DNA from: Candidatus Woesearchaeota archaeon
GTDB taxonomy: Archaea; Nanobdellota; Nanobdellia; Woesearchaeales; WJKL01
NCBI GenBank assembly: GCA_014729675.1
Contig: WJJM01000055.1
Span: 326-64,325, forward strand
DNA length: 64,000 nt
Reading direction: 5' to 3'
Shown: in pieces, positions 8,660 through 18,494 of the stretch
Layout: each line of letters starts with the position of its first letter
How positions within the stretch are numbered: the first letter of the stretch is position 1
The notes under the pieces: generated by a model
Databases searched by the model: none
What the model was told of the DNA's origin: nothing
What the model saw: the letters and a program-made list of their open reading frames with translations, nothing else
Program-made: the position numbers and the translations under genes

Positions 8660-9925
8660 ATGAGTAAATCTATTTTTGGTATTATCTTCCCAGGTATCTT
8701 GCTAATTTTGACTGTTTTGGTTGTTGGAGGTACAATAACAAATATGTCAATCTTTGAGCAAAGAAAAAAGATAACATGCGACCAAATTAGATTACTGATA
8801 TTGAATGTTGCTAAGAACAGATCAGGAGCATATTTTAAGATGTTGGTAGACTTACACGACAATCTTAAAGAAGAAAAAGAAAAGTTGCCAGATGAATATA
8901 AATCACTCTTGGCGGATGCAAAAAAGAATATTGAAGAATATAAGAAATATGATAAAGAAAATAAATATGCTGCCGCTAAACTTTATCGACTTCTTATAGA
9001 TCAGATTGGGCTTTTTAAAGAACGATATCATCGTCTTGGTATTTATTTAGCTGACAAAGCAAAATTAATCGAGAATGAATCAAACTGTCTTGACATAATA
9101 AATAAATCTTTGAAAAATGGTGTCTGGCCATTTGATGAAGATGGTAATATAGAGAGTTCGTTTACAGAGACACCTGAATGGATAAAAAGTATCATTAGAA
9201 AACAGACAAAAAAGTTCAATCCAAATAGCAGTTTGAAAGATGTGTTAAACAAGGAAAATAAAGAATGTAACCAATTTAATTATATGACTGGATTTGGGTG
9301 CATAACTTCTTATTTATATGCACTTGGCAAGGTTAATTTAATATTAGTTTATTACTTATTATGCAGCTTATATGGGGCGATAATTCTCGTTACCTTGGAG
9401 AACAAGAAACCCTTTATTGGGCGGATCCTATTGTATGCAATATCTGGAGGGGCTTGTATGCTATTTTATATAAAAAGCATTCAAGTATTTATTGTAGATA
9501 TGCAGGATAGCACAGGCATAGAATTAGTTTTCACACATCATTTATTGGGGTTACTTGCGTTTATCATAGTGTTGGCCAATCCATTTCAGATAATGAGGTT
9601 TAGATTGAAGAATATAATTAGTGTTTTGACAAAGAATAAAACACTAATTATCCTGTTGGCTGCTTTTTTATTGATCTGCGGATGCAACAGCAATAGGAAA
9701 TCTATACAGGTAAAGAAAAAGAAATTTATTGGCATGAAATCAAAGGAAATAGTAGACGTTGTAGTTCCAGAAAAAGGAAATGAGGATTTAAGAGACAAAA
9801 GAGATCAGGAAATAAGTGAAGAAGAAAAAGCTCTTGATAAAAAGATCGATCAGAGACTTGATGAAGATATAAATAATGCTCCCGAATGGTTGAAACCGCT
9901 CGGAAAGAGTATAAAATCAAAATGA
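8660..9925 (+). CDS. membrane protein with an N-terminal TM, a coiled-coil region and a C-terminal multi-TM domain
   Basis: 421 aa with strong hydrophobic stretches; lysine/glutamate-rich tail. Confidence 0.55.
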   Translation: MSKSIFGIIFPGILLILTVLVVGGTITNMSIFEQRKKITCDQIRLLILNVAKNRSGAYFKMLVDLHDNLKEEKEKLPDEYKSLLADAKKNIEEYKKYDKENKYAAAKLYRLLIDQIGLFKERYHRLGIYLADKAKLIENESNCLDIINKSLKNGVWPFDEDGNIESSFTETPEWIKSIIRKQTKKFNPNSSLKDVLNKENKECNQFNYMTGFGCITSYLYALGKVNLILVYYLLCSLYGAIILVTLENKKPFIGRILLYAISGGACMLFYIKSIQVFIVDMQDSTGIELVFTHHLLGLLAFIIVLANPFQIMRFRLKNIISVLTKNKTLIILLAAFLLICGCNSNRKSIQVKKKKFIGMKSKEIVDVVVPEKGNEDLRDKRDQEISEEEKALDKKIDQRLDEDINNAPEWLKPLGKSIKSK

Positions 9926-9941
9926 CTCAGGGAACAAAAAA

Positions 9942-9965
9942 AGCCCAGAAGGTTAGTTCTGGGCT
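9942..9965 (-). terminator. hairpin followed by a T7 tract on the minus strand; intrinsic-terminator-like, probably terminating the 10022-10654 gene
   Basis: agcccagaa-ggttag-ttctgggct forms a 9-bp stem; a7 on the plus strand reads as U7 on the minus transcript. Confidence 0.45.
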
Positions 9966-9975
9966 TTCAAATGAA

Positions 9976-10029
9976 GAAACTTCTATTAGAAGGGAAACTT
10001 CTATTAGAAGGGAAACTTCTATTAGAAGG
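9976..10029. repeat. 3 x 18-bp perfect tandem repeat gaaacttctattagaagg, each unit containing the palindrome cttcta-t-tagaag
   Basis: Read directly. The last unit overlaps the stop codon of the minus-strand OMP-like gene. The array lies between convergent genes. Confidence 0.9.
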
Positions 10030-10654
10030 TGTAGCCTAATCCAAGAGAAAAATAGACATTGTTTAAAGGATTCCCGATATCAGAAGTCATCGAACTGTTT
10101 GTGGCATTTTCTGACAGTTCCAGTTCAGTACCTCCGGCAGAGATGCCGTATCCCAGCCTCAGGTCAAGATAGAAACTGCTTTTATCCAGTATGGCATAAC
10201 CTGCAAAGATATCGACTGATATGGGCTTGTGCTCTCCTGTAACTGTATAGCCGCTGTTTTTAACTTCTGCTTCTATGCTGGAGCCTGAGATTCCCATGCC
10301 GGCGAATGCCCCAACAGAGAAAACATAAGATCCCCAGACGCTCCAGCTTATTACGCTTGTATCTGCATCAACACCAAATGATTCTACCTCGTCTTCAGCA
10401 TCAGAAGCGATATCTTTCATAAGAAGGCTCCCGACACCGCCGCCGAAATATATCTTGGACTCGCTTTCCATCTCATAATACATCCCTCCTGAAAGGAGGT
10501 CTTGGAGCCTTGTATCATAGCCTCCTGACAGCCAGAAGCCGTATGTTCCTGCATTTGGGTTTTTCTTTTTTTCTTTCTCATCTCCGGAAAGAAGATTTGC
10601 TGAAAAGGTAAATGCAATTAATATCACCAACAGATATCTGCTAAAATTAATCAT
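10022..10654 (-). CDS. bacterial-type outer-membrane beta-barrel-like protein (OmpA/OmpW-like) with a signal peptide
   Basis: N-terminal hydrophobic signal; Gly-rich alternating pattern; C-terminal ...YFSLGLGYTF ending in an aromatic Phe, typical of bacterial OMP beta-barrels. Confidence 0.5.
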   Translation of the reverse strand: MINFSRYLLVILIAFTFSANLLSGDEKEKKKNPNAGTYGFWLSGGYDTRLQDLLSGGMYYEMESESKIYFGGGVGSLLMKDIASDAEDEVESFGVDADTSVISWSVWGSYVFSVGAFAGMGISGSSIEAEVKNSGYTVTGEHKPISVDIFAGYAILDKSSFYLDLRLGYGISAGGTELELSENATNSSMTSDIGNPLNNVYFSLGLGYTF

Positions 10655-10668
10655 AAAGATCCTTTCAA

Positions 10669-11562
10669 TTATTCTTTGGTTAAGGTTATTTCATTGCTGT
10701 AGAACCAGCCTGAATTTCCCATAGCATCACCTGCAAAAACAGCAATCCGTACTTTTTCCCAGGTGTAATAGGCCGATGAGTCTGAATCAAATTGCCGAGA
10801 ACCGGAAAGGGAACCGCTTGATGAAGTTAGGGTGTTGTACTCATTTGCAACAGAGCCCCACTGATCCAATCCATCATAGCGTGGATAATATTGCAGATAT
10901 ACAGAAGCTTCTCCCGGTGTATCTTCCAGAGTGTAGTTAAAGCTGTAACCCAGCTCAATAGAATAATCGCTGGAAGATACAGTTGTGTCAGTTCCTGAAG
11001 CAGAAAGATTAGTGATTGAGAATGACGCTCCTCCGCCACCTCCGCCACCGCTGAAGCTGGTTATATTAAATGATCGGGATTGTTCATGATCTGCTGTTGC
11101 CGGATTTGTATCAGTGGTCTGCAGCTGGAATGTTGAAGAAGTCCACACTCCTTCATCAGGCTTCCTTATCACTTCAAGATAATATGTGGCAGAAGCTTCG
11201 TATTCAATATTCCCAAATACGCATTCATAAGTAGAGGAAGATGTAAAACGTCCTTCATCATCTGATGAAGCAGTTCTGATTCTGTAAGATTTATATAAAT
11301 TTACTCTGTAATGGTAAGTATCTGTATTGTATGAACTGTCAACATTATTCAGCAAGACGGCAAGATCAACTTCAAAGCTTGAACTGCTGCCTGAAGTGCC
11401 GCCATCGGTGGTCCAGTCTGTGCTGACGCCCGGATCTGTAGAAGCAGTTCCAGTGTATCCGCCTGAGTCCTCATCTTCTCCGCATCCAAGAAAAAGCATT
11501 ACAGTACAGCATAACAGCAAGAGAAGGCTGAAATTTACGATATAAGATGTATTTTTCTGCAT
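10669..11562 (-). CDS. secreted lipoprotein-like Ser/Thr/Gly-rich protein
   Basis: Signal peptide followed by LFLGCGED (lipobox-like), a G8 stretch and S/T-rich sequence; upstream in the same operon as the OMP-like gene. Confidence 0.55.
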   Translation of the reverse strand: MQKNTSYIVNFSLLLLLCCTVMLFLGCGEDEDSGGYTGTASTDPGVSTDWTTDGGTSGSSSSFEVDLAVLLNNVDSSYNTDTYHYRVNLYKSYRIRTASSDDEGRFTSSSTYECVFGNIEYEASATYYLEVIRKPDEGVWTSSTFQLQTTDTNPATADHEQSRSFNITSFSGGGGGGGASFSITNLSASGTDTTVSSSDYSIELGYSFNYTLEDTPGEASVYLQYYPRYDGLDQWGSVANEYNTLTSSSGSLSGSRQFDSDSSAYYTWEKVRIAVFAGDAMGNSGWFYSNEITLTKE

Positions 11563-11679
11563 AACTGCTCTCCTAAAAAAATGAGTATTTTCGACAGAAT
11601 AATTTTGAGGGGTACATGCCGGTTCAGTTTGAACTAATCTTCCTCAATCACCTCCTTAAAATAAAAATCCTTTAACAAG

Positions 11680-12435
11680 TTATGTTTGGTATAATCTTTT
11701 CATTGCCTTCTCACCGTCCTTGCTCATGACCTTTGCGTATATTTCAGTTGTTGCGATGCTTGAATGCCCAAGCTGCTGCTGGACAAATCTCAGGTTCCAG
11801 CTGCTAGCCTTGAGCAGATGGGTCGCGAACGTGTGCCTCAGACAGTGTATGCTGTAATTTCTGTTTAGTTTCGCCCTGCTCATGCTTCTCTTGACTGACG
11901 CCTGCAATGCTCTTCTTGTCATGCTCTTTCCGGTCCTGTTGGAATAAAATACAGGAGCATCTTTTCTTAACGGTTCCCCGTTGTCCTGCTTCCAGCTTTT
12001 GAAAGCTTGCAGCGGCTCCTTCAGTTGGTCTCCGCAGATAACAGTCCTTGCCTTGGAAAACTTGCCTTTCCTTACATAGATCTGTATGCAGCTGTTCTTC
12101 TCAGAGATGTCCTGCCATACGAGATTCGTTATCTCCATCACCCTCAATCCGGAATTCAGGGCCAGCTCCACCAAGAACCAGTCATAAACTCGTGATCTGA
12201 GAAGCGAGTTGTCTTTCTTTCTCAGAAGGTTTCTCCTGAGCTTTTTTACCTCTTTGCTGTCCAGATATTTGTCCTGCTGAAGGGTCCACCTGAAGCCTTT
12301 TTTTGTTTTGCTCTGTTTGGGATTGATGCCTGAAACTGCTTCAGCCACCTTACTTCTGATAGATTCAGGAGTGGCTTCATTTCCAATAACAAAAACATTT
12401 ACAGATATCCTGTTTGAAGATTCTTGGTGCAGCAT
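11680..12435 (-). CDS. tyrosine recombinase / integrase (XerC/D-like, short form)
   Basis: C-terminal RHTFATHLL...LGHSSIATTEIYAKV matches the R..H-x-x-R...Y catalytic box. Confidence 0.85.
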   Translation of the reverse strand: MLHQESSNRISVNVFVIGNEATPESIRSKVAEAVSGINPKQSKTKKGFRWTLQQDKYLDSKEVKKLRRNLLRKKDNSLLRSRVYDWFLVELALNSGLRVMEITNLVWQDISEKNSCIQIYVRKGKFSKARTVICGDQLKEPLQAFKSWKQDNGEPLRKDAPVFYSNRTGKSMTRRALQASVKRSMSRAKLNRNYSIHCLRHTFATHLLKASSWNLRFVQQQLGHSSIATTEIYAKVMSKDGEKAMKRLYQT

Positions 12436-12838
12436 TTTTTACCGATTCTGAAACTGGTAGCGGACAGGATTTGCATATTTCATGAGTTATGTGTAATCAC
12501 CCACGCCATGCTGAATTAGCAATACAGCTCTTCATCCTCTTGTCAAAGAACAGATGGGAAATAGAATCATTCCCAACAAATCAGAAATTTGATTTGTGTT
12601 TCCATCTATCAAAAAATATTTATATCAAACCATCTATCCCTAAATATCTCTGAGATCAGAGGTTCAATCCTGCGAAATATATTTGCACATTTCTCATGAA
12701 ATGTGAAAAGGTTATGTAGTTATATTAATCTGTTTTGGGGATTTGTCAACTGTTTTTTATGATCACAAAGTATCATTTCAGGCAAAATAACAGAAATCTG
12801 TATGTTATGGGTGCTTCTATCCAAAATACCCTTCATTT

Positions 12839-13012
12839 TTGAATTCGGGCAGTACACGGCTGGAATCAGCCGAATTTGCTTTATCGAATCAACGATAAAG
12901 ATGCTGTCTCAAATCAATGAAACAGTTTTCAAAACATCTGCCAAATCAATGGCATTTTTGCATGGCTTTAATCAAAAAGCAGCTTTGTTTTGAAACGATT
13001 TGTTGAAATCTA
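12839..13012. repeat. 175-bp direct repeat, copy 2 (right boundary)
   Basis: See copy 1. The ORF-track call 12802-12993 lies inside this repeat and is probably not coding. Confidence 0.9.
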
Positions 13013-13832
13013 ATAAATATTTTAGGTATGAGAATTTATAAAGATGATGAAGCACACATGCATGAATCTATTTCCAGATAAATGCCGAATAAATTAATCT
13101 CCCCCAAACTCGACAAGCGAGTTTTTAGAGTTAATTTAATCCCTTCGCTTTGCTCAGGCTTCGGGCTGTATTCTGCTGCGTGAGTATTGATTTTTGTATT
13201 TTGAAAGAGATAATCATTGCTCTTTCGTGCTTTACGGAATATGACCATCAAAACTTATAATCCTCTTATCTTTCCCCCAAAAATAGGCAGGGGGGATAAG
13301 ATAAGAGGGAGTTGCGACAGCCAGGAAAGAGAAAAGAGGGCATCCTCAGTGTGTTAACGCAGGTTAACTTATCATTCATTTTGCTTATTTAATCATTTGA
13401 AAACAAGCTCATAAACCTTCTTTAATTTCTGAGAACAAAAACTTTCAAGCTGCAAGATCTGAGATGGATTGACATCAGTAAGTGATTGACGTTTGTTTTC
13501 AGACAAAATATCGACGACAAACACATTGCCCACTGTTCAATCACCGTCGATAAATTTATATATATGAGGGTATTTCTATAATAAAGAATGAGCCAATGGG
13601 CGGTTAGACCCAAAGGCTCGGAGAAAACCAAAAATGCCCGACAAAAGACAAATCAGCTCCCCAGAGAGTAATAATTCTGGGAGATATAAAAAGATTTCGG
13701 AAGCAGAGACCAGACAACTACGCGAAGAAAAGATCAACGTAGATCAATGCTGGAGTGATTATCATGCTATCGGCATTGAACTGGACTCAGGAGAGATAGA
13801 TCCAGATAAAACATATTTGGAGGTGTGATGAA

Positions 13833-13997
13833 ATGGAAGAATTAACAGAACGTATGGAATGCGTTGAAGTATGGGTCTGCAGAGTTAATGGAAAAAGATA
13901 TTGCTGCGACTGCGGCAGAGAGATTGCCGAGGAGGATATCGTGGGAAAATCCGGGACATACAGAAAATCGATAAATATATTAAGGGGTGTGCCTTAG
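13833..13997 (+). CDS. possible small Cys-rich (zinc-ribbon-like) protein, 54 aa
   Basis: MEELTERMECVEVWVCRVNGKRYCCDCGREIAEEDIVGKSGTYRKSINILRGVP. Weak; lies in an otherwise non-coding 1.2-kb stretch. Confidence 0.25.
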   Translation: MEELTERMECVEVWVCRVNGKRYCCDCGREIAEEDIVGKSGTYRKSINILRGVP

Positions 13998-14189
13998 ATA
14001 AAAATAAAAACAAAGAAACAGAGTATGGCACTGAAGCCGACTTCTGACGTTATGAATAGGATCTAAGAATTTTAAGCTTAGATATCCATAAGATGGATTA
14101 GATGATACCTTGGATGACATATATATATGCCAATATAAATATAATTTTTAGAAAGATATATAAACCAATATTTACTCATATTTTTTACA

Positions 14190-14774
14190 ATGGATATAAA
14201 AGAAAAACTGGAAAAAGGGTATTTGTCTGCGAGAGCTATTATAGAGGTTGCAGGAAAGCCAAAAGAACATATTGAGAAAGCTATAAAAAGTTATGTTGAA
14301 AAGATAAAGAACGACCCAGATATAGACATCTTAAAATCAGATTTTGCAGAGGTCACAGAAAATGAAGGGATGTTCTCAACTTTTGTAGAGATGGACATAG
14401 TTGTGAAGGACATGCCAAGGTTGATAAGCTTTTGCTTCAATTATATGCCTAGTTCTATAGAAATAAGTGAGCCGCAAGAGATGAAGCTAAACAGCGCAGA
14501 ATTAAGCACAATATTTTCTGACCTGCAGGCAAAGCTGCATGAGGTTGATGTTATAGCAAAGAAGCTAAGGAACGAGAACACAATGCTCAGCAACAATGTC
14601 AACGTTCTTCTTGAGAATATAGTCAGGATAATCATAGCTAATGGGCCAAGGACTACAGAAGAGCTGGCAAGATATACAGGGCTGGAAAAAAATAAGATGC
14701 AGGTTTTCCTGGACAAGTTAGAGAAAGCAGAAAAGCTTGCCAAAGAAGGGGAAAAATACTCCATCAAAAAATGA
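14190..14774 (+). CDS. hypothetical coiled-coil protein upstream of scpB
   Basis: 194 aa; stop overlaps the scpB start (ATGA); no kleisin motif recognised. Confidence 0.5.
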   Translation: MDIKEKLEKGYLSARAIIEVAGKPKEHIEKAIKSYVEKIKNDPDIDILKSDFAEVTENEGMFSTFVEMDIVVKDMPRLISFCFNYMPSSIEISEPQEMKLNSAELSTIFSDLQAKLHEVDVIAKKLRNENTMLSNNVNVLLENIVRIIIANGPRTTEELARYTGLEKNKMQVFLDKLEKAEKLAKEGEKYSIKK

Positions 14775-15628
14775 ATGAAAAGAACAAGATTGAAGCTCTG
14801 CTTTTCAGTTCTGGAAAAAGGATGAGTCTTAAAGAGATAAGCGAGCTTACAGGGATAAATCAATCAGATAACATAAAATCTGCATTGACAGAGCTTAAGC
14901 AGGATTATGAAAACAGGGGCGGAAGCCTATGTCTTGAAGAAGAGGACGGATTCTGGAAGCTGGGAGTAAAGGATCATTATATGACTATTGCACAGAAGCT
15001 TGTCACAAAGACAGAGCTGGACAAGCCGCTGATGGAAACTCTGGCTGTGATAGCATGGAAGTATCCTTTGCTGCAGGCAGAGGTTGTCCGCATCAGACAT
15101 AACAAGGCTTATGATCATCTAAAGCAACTAGAAGAGATGGGATTTATCTCAAGAAACGTTTATGGGAGAACAAGGAAGATAACTCTGACTCAGAAGTTTT
15201 TTGAGTATTTTGACCTGCCTTCAAAAGAGCAAAGAAAAGAGGCTTTCAAGGCGATGGTTCCAGGCGAGACACAGGAAAAGATAGAGGGCATGGAGAAAGA
15301 TATAGATGAAGGCGAGAAGAAGATATCTCAATATGAACAGAAGAAAGAGGAGATGAGAAAGCAGAAAGAAGAAGAGCTGAAAAAAGACAAGGAAAAGAAA
15401 CTAAAGAAAGAAGATAATAATGATCAGGATAAGGAAGATCTGGAAGAATCTCAAGAGAAGGAAGATAAGGAGATAGATGAGATGGAAAAAGAAGAAGAAG
15501 AGCTGGATGAAGAGATGAAAGATGTTGGGGGGTTTGTAAATCCCCTGGGGGAGAAAGATGAGACTGGTTCTGAGATGTCCTCAGTGCAAGCAGAGGATGA
15601 AGTATCAAAGCCTGACAAAGGGGATTGA
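14771..15628 (+). CDS. scpB: segregation and condensation protein B (ScpB) with an acidic KE-rich tail
   Basis: N-terminal IEALLFSSGKRMSLKEISELTG winged-helix signature, then a second wHTH. Confidence 0.75.
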   Translation: MNEKNKIEALLFSSGKRMSLKEISELTGINQSDNIKSALTELKQDYENRGGSLCLEEEDGFWKLGVKDHYMTIAQKLVTKTELDKPLMETLAVIAWKYPLLQAEVVRIRHNKAYDHLKQLEEMGFISRNVYGRTRKITLTQKFFEYFDLPSKEQRKEAFKAMVPGETQEKIEGMEKDIDEGEKKISQYEQKKEEMRKQKEEELKKDKEKKLKKEDNNDQDKEDLEESQEKEDKEIDEMEKEEEELDEEMKDVGGFVNPLGEKDETGSEMSSVQAEDEVSKPDKGD

Positions 15629-15828
15629 AGGCAAGAGCAAGAGATGCGTCTATTGCGGCAGGAGTTTTTCTATAAATAGAGATAATATTGTTAAGAAAGA
15701 ATAGTGAGTCTATCATTTTATATGTTGAGGGTAAAGATTCCTGGATATAAGAGAGCATTTTGTATTTTTTCAATATTAGAAATAATTAAATCAAAATCAA
15801 TATATAGTTTAAACTTAGGTAATAGATG

Positions 15829-15943
15829 GCTTCTAACCTTAAAATTCAATCTAAGGTATTTCACTTTGTTCAGGACTTTCGATTAAAATTGTCAAATACT
15901 TGAATTCAGACAATACAGAGCCTCTAACCTTAAAATTCAATCG
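15829..15943. repeat. two 23-bp direct repeats (g/c)cttctaaccttaaaattcaatc, 92 bp apart, upstream of gyrA
   Basis: 15829-15851 and 15921-15943 are 21/23 identical. 15899-15921 also resembles the first 23 nt of the 175-bp element repeat (ttgaattcag[a/g]ca[a/g]taca[g/c]agcc). Confidence 0.7.
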
Positions 15944-16015
15944 AAAGTTTTATAAATGAGCTCTAATTCTTTTTATCAAGGAAATTTTCTAAATTTCTGT
16001 TTAATTTACTGAAAA

Positions 16016-18457
16016 ATGGCTGAAGATACAGAAAAAACTGAAGAAAAAAAAGAGAAGCTCACACAGAATATAATTGAAGATGAGATGAAGAGCTTTTATC
16101 TTGATTATTCTATGAGTGTTATAGTGGGAAGGGCCTTGCCTGATGTTAAGGACGGACTGAAGCCAGTACACAGAAGGATACTTTATGCGATGTATAAGAT
16201 GGGCATGTTCCATAACAAGCCTTTCAAGAAGTCAGCAAGGATAGTCGGAGAGGTACTTGGAAAATACCACCCTCATGGAGATATGGCTGTCTATGATGCG
16301 ATGGTAAGGATGGCTCAGGAATGGAGTCTAAGATATACGCTAGTAAAAGGCCAGGGAAATTTTGGAAGTATTGATGGGGATAGTCCGGCAGCCATGAGGT
16401 ATACAGAAGCAAAGCTGAACAAACTGTCAGAAGAGATGCTTGAGGATATCGAAAAGAATACTGTAGAATGGAAGGATAATTTTGACGGAAGTTTGAAAGA
16501 GCCAGTATTTTTGCCTTCAAAAGCTCCTAATCTTTTGCTTAATGGAAGTGCTGGAATCGCAGTAGGTATGGCTACAAACATTCCTCCCCATAACATGACT
16601 GAACTTTGCGACGGTATCATAAATACCATAGACAACCCAGAGATAGGCACTGACGAGCTTATGGATTCTATAAAAGGCCCTGACTTTCCTACTGGGGGGA
16701 TTATATGCGGAAACAAGGGAATAAAGGATGCTTTCTCAACCGGAAGAGGGAAGGTAATAGTAAGGGCAAGGACAGAGGTAGAGGAAGGAAAGAAAGGAGA
16801 CAGCATAATCATAAATGAGATACCTTACATGGTCAACAAGAGTATGCTTATAGAGGAAATAGCCAATCTTGTGAAAAATGAGAAGATATCAGGGATAAAA
16901 GATATAAGAGATGAGTCAGACAGGAAAGGCATGAGGGTAGTGATAATGTTGAAGAAAGAGGTGAATCCTGGGATAATACTTAACCAGCTTTTCAAGCATA
17001 CAAGGATGCAGACCACATTCGGTATAAACACTCTTGCACTTGTGGATAACGAACCAAAGGTACTGAACCTTAAAGAGCTGATATATCATTATCTTGAACA
17101 TAGGAAGCTGATGGTAAGGAAGAGAACAGAGTTTGACCTTGCAAAGGCTGAGAAAAGAGCCCATGTTCTTGAAGGGCTGTTGATAGCTTTGAAAGACATA
17201 GACAAGACAGTTGAGCTTATCAAAAAAAGCAAATCTGTCGATGAAGCGAAACAGGCATTAACATCTAATTTTGATCTTACTGAAGTGCAGGCTGAATCTA
17301 TACTTGATATGAAACTTCAGAGATTGACAGGCCTGGAGCAGGACAATATCAAATCAGAGCATTCAGATCTTATCGAACTTATCAAAAGATTAAAGGATAT
17401 ATTGGGGGATGAGAAGAACATACTTGATATAATCAAGAAAGAGCTTCTTGAGCTGAAGGAGAAATACGGAGATGAAAGGAAGACAGAGATAATAGAGGAA
17501 GAGATAGAGAAGTTTGAGGCTGAGGAGCTTATAGAAGAAGAGAATGTTGTCGTTACCTTCAGCAGAAAAGGTTATATCAAAAGACTGCCTGTGGATACAT
17601 ATAAGAAACAGAAAAGAGGGGGAAAAGGGGTAAAGGCTGCTGCTACAAAAGACGAGGATTTTATAGAGCACCTGTTTGTGTCAAGCACCCACAGCTATAT
17701 ATTGTTCTTTACAGATAAAGGGACAGTTAGATGGTTGAAAGTGCATGAGATACCTTCTGCTTCAAGGACAGCAAGAGGGACTGCTATAGTTAATCTTCTT
17801 AAGCTAAATGAAGACGAGAGAGTTACAACTTACGTGCCTGTAAAGGATCTTGAAGAAGGCTATCTTGTCATGGCTACAAGAAAGGGAACAGTAAAGAAGA
17901 CACCTCTTAAGGCTTTCAGTAGGCCAAGGAAAGGAGGAATAAAAGCCATAAATCTCGATGATAATGACAGGCTCGTGAATGTGCTTTGGACTGACGGAGA
18001 CAGGCAGCTTATAATCGCGACCAAAAAAGGGATGACTGTGAAATTTGACGAGAAAGATATCAGGGCCATGGGAAGGACTGCAAGAGGAGTGAAAGGCATC
18101 AACCTGAGAAAAGAAGATAGGGTTATATGGATGGTCATAGCTTATGACGAGCAGACATTGCTTACCCTTACTGAGAATGGATATGGAAAGAGAACCCCTA
18201 TATCTGATTACAGGCTTATCTCAAGAGGAGGAAAAGGGGTAAAGAATATCAATCTTAATGAGAGGAACGGGGATGTTGTTTCTGTAATGTGTGTTGTAGA
18301 TTCAGACCAGCTGATGCTGATAAGCAGGAAAGGCATAGGGATCAGGGTCAGTGCAAAAGACATAAGCGTGATGGGAAGAGCTACACAGGGAGTCAGGATC
18401 ATGAGGCTTGGTGATGGAGACAGGGTTTCAGGATTGGCTAAGATCCTCAGCGAATAA
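16016..18457 (+). CDS. gyrA: DNA gyrase subunit A
   Basis: 813 aa. Active-site region AMRYTEAKL, GyrA-box-like QRRGGKG, C-terminal beta-pinwheel repeats. No gyrB is adjacent. Confidence 0.95.
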   Translation: MAEDTEKTEEKKEKLTQNIIEDEMKSFYLDYSMSVIVGRALPDVKDGLKPVHRRILYAMYKMGMFHNKPFKKSARIVGEVLGKYHPHGDMAVYDAMVRMAQEWSLRYTLVKGQGNFGSIDGDSPAAMRYTEAKLNKLSEEMLEDIEKNTVEWKDNFDGSLKEPVFLPSKAPNLLLNGSAGIAVGMATNIPPHNMTELCDGIINTIDNPEIGTDELMDSIKGPDFPTGGIICGNKGIKDAFSTGRGKVIVRARTEVEEGKKGDSIIINEIPYMVNKSMLIEEIANLVKNEKISGIKDIRDESDRKGMRVVIMLKKEVNPGIILNQLFKHTRMQTTFGINTLALVDNEPKVLNLKELIYHYLEHRKLMVRKRTEFDLAKAEKRAHVLEGLLIALKDIDKTVELIKKSKSVDEAKQALTSNFDLTEVQAESILDMKLQRLTGLEQDNIKSEHSDLIELIKRLKDILGDEKNILDIIKKELLELKEKYGDERKTEIIEEEIEKFEAEELIEEENVVVTFSRKGYIKRLPVDTYKKQKRGGKGVKAAATKDEDFIEHLFVSSTHSYILFFTDKGTVRWLKVHEIPSASRTARGTAIVNLLKLNEDERVTTYVPVKDLEEGYLVMATRKGTVKKTPLKAFSRPRKGGIKAINLDDNDRLVNVLWTDGDRQLIIATKKGMTVKFDEKDIRAMGRTARGVKGINLRKEDRVIWMVIAYDEQTLLTLTENGYGKRTPISDYRLISRGGKGVKNINLNERNGDVVSVMCVVDSDQLMLISRKGIGIRVSAKDISVMGRATQGVRIMRLGDGDRVSGLAKILSE

Positions 18458-18494
18458 GAATAGTTTTTTATAGTTCTTGATTTAACTTTAATCT

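Larger units (their letters stand above)
7721..13012. mobile_element. candidate integrated element (~5.3 kb) bounded by 175-bp direct repeats, with a tyrosine recombinase at the right end
   Basis: The direct repeats flank 4 cargo genes (a DxDxDG protein, a membrane protein, an OMP-like beta-barrel and a lipoprotein-like protein) plus the integrase gene at 11680-12435. Confidence 0.5.

Noticed and set aside
9976-10029. Possible CRISPR-like array (perfect 18-bp repeats)
   Set aside because: The units are directly abutting with no spacers, and there are only three copies. It is a simple tandem palindromic repeat rather than a CRISPR.
12640-12672. tRNA 3'-end-like GGTTCAATCC near the integrase, a possible att within a tRNA
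   Set aside because: The flanking sequence does not form a T-stem or acceptor stem. It is instead the 14-bp palindrome CTCTGAGATCAGAG.
12802-12993. ORF-track CDS (63 aa) inside the right 175-bp repeat
   Set aside because: The reading frame is not preserved in the left repeat copy, and the differences between the copies are structural (hairpin covariation). The ORF is probably non-coding.
14190-14774. ScpA (kleisin) as the partner gene immediately upstream of scpB
   Set aside because: No kleisin N-terminal helix or C-terminal winged-helix signature was recognisable. It is left as a hypothetical coiled-coil protein.
16224-18402. Multiple antisense ORFs (60-165 aa) inside gyrA
   Set aside because: They are wholly embedded in a well-supported long CDS on the opposite strand. 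Low-complexity translations are typical of AT-rich antisense frames.
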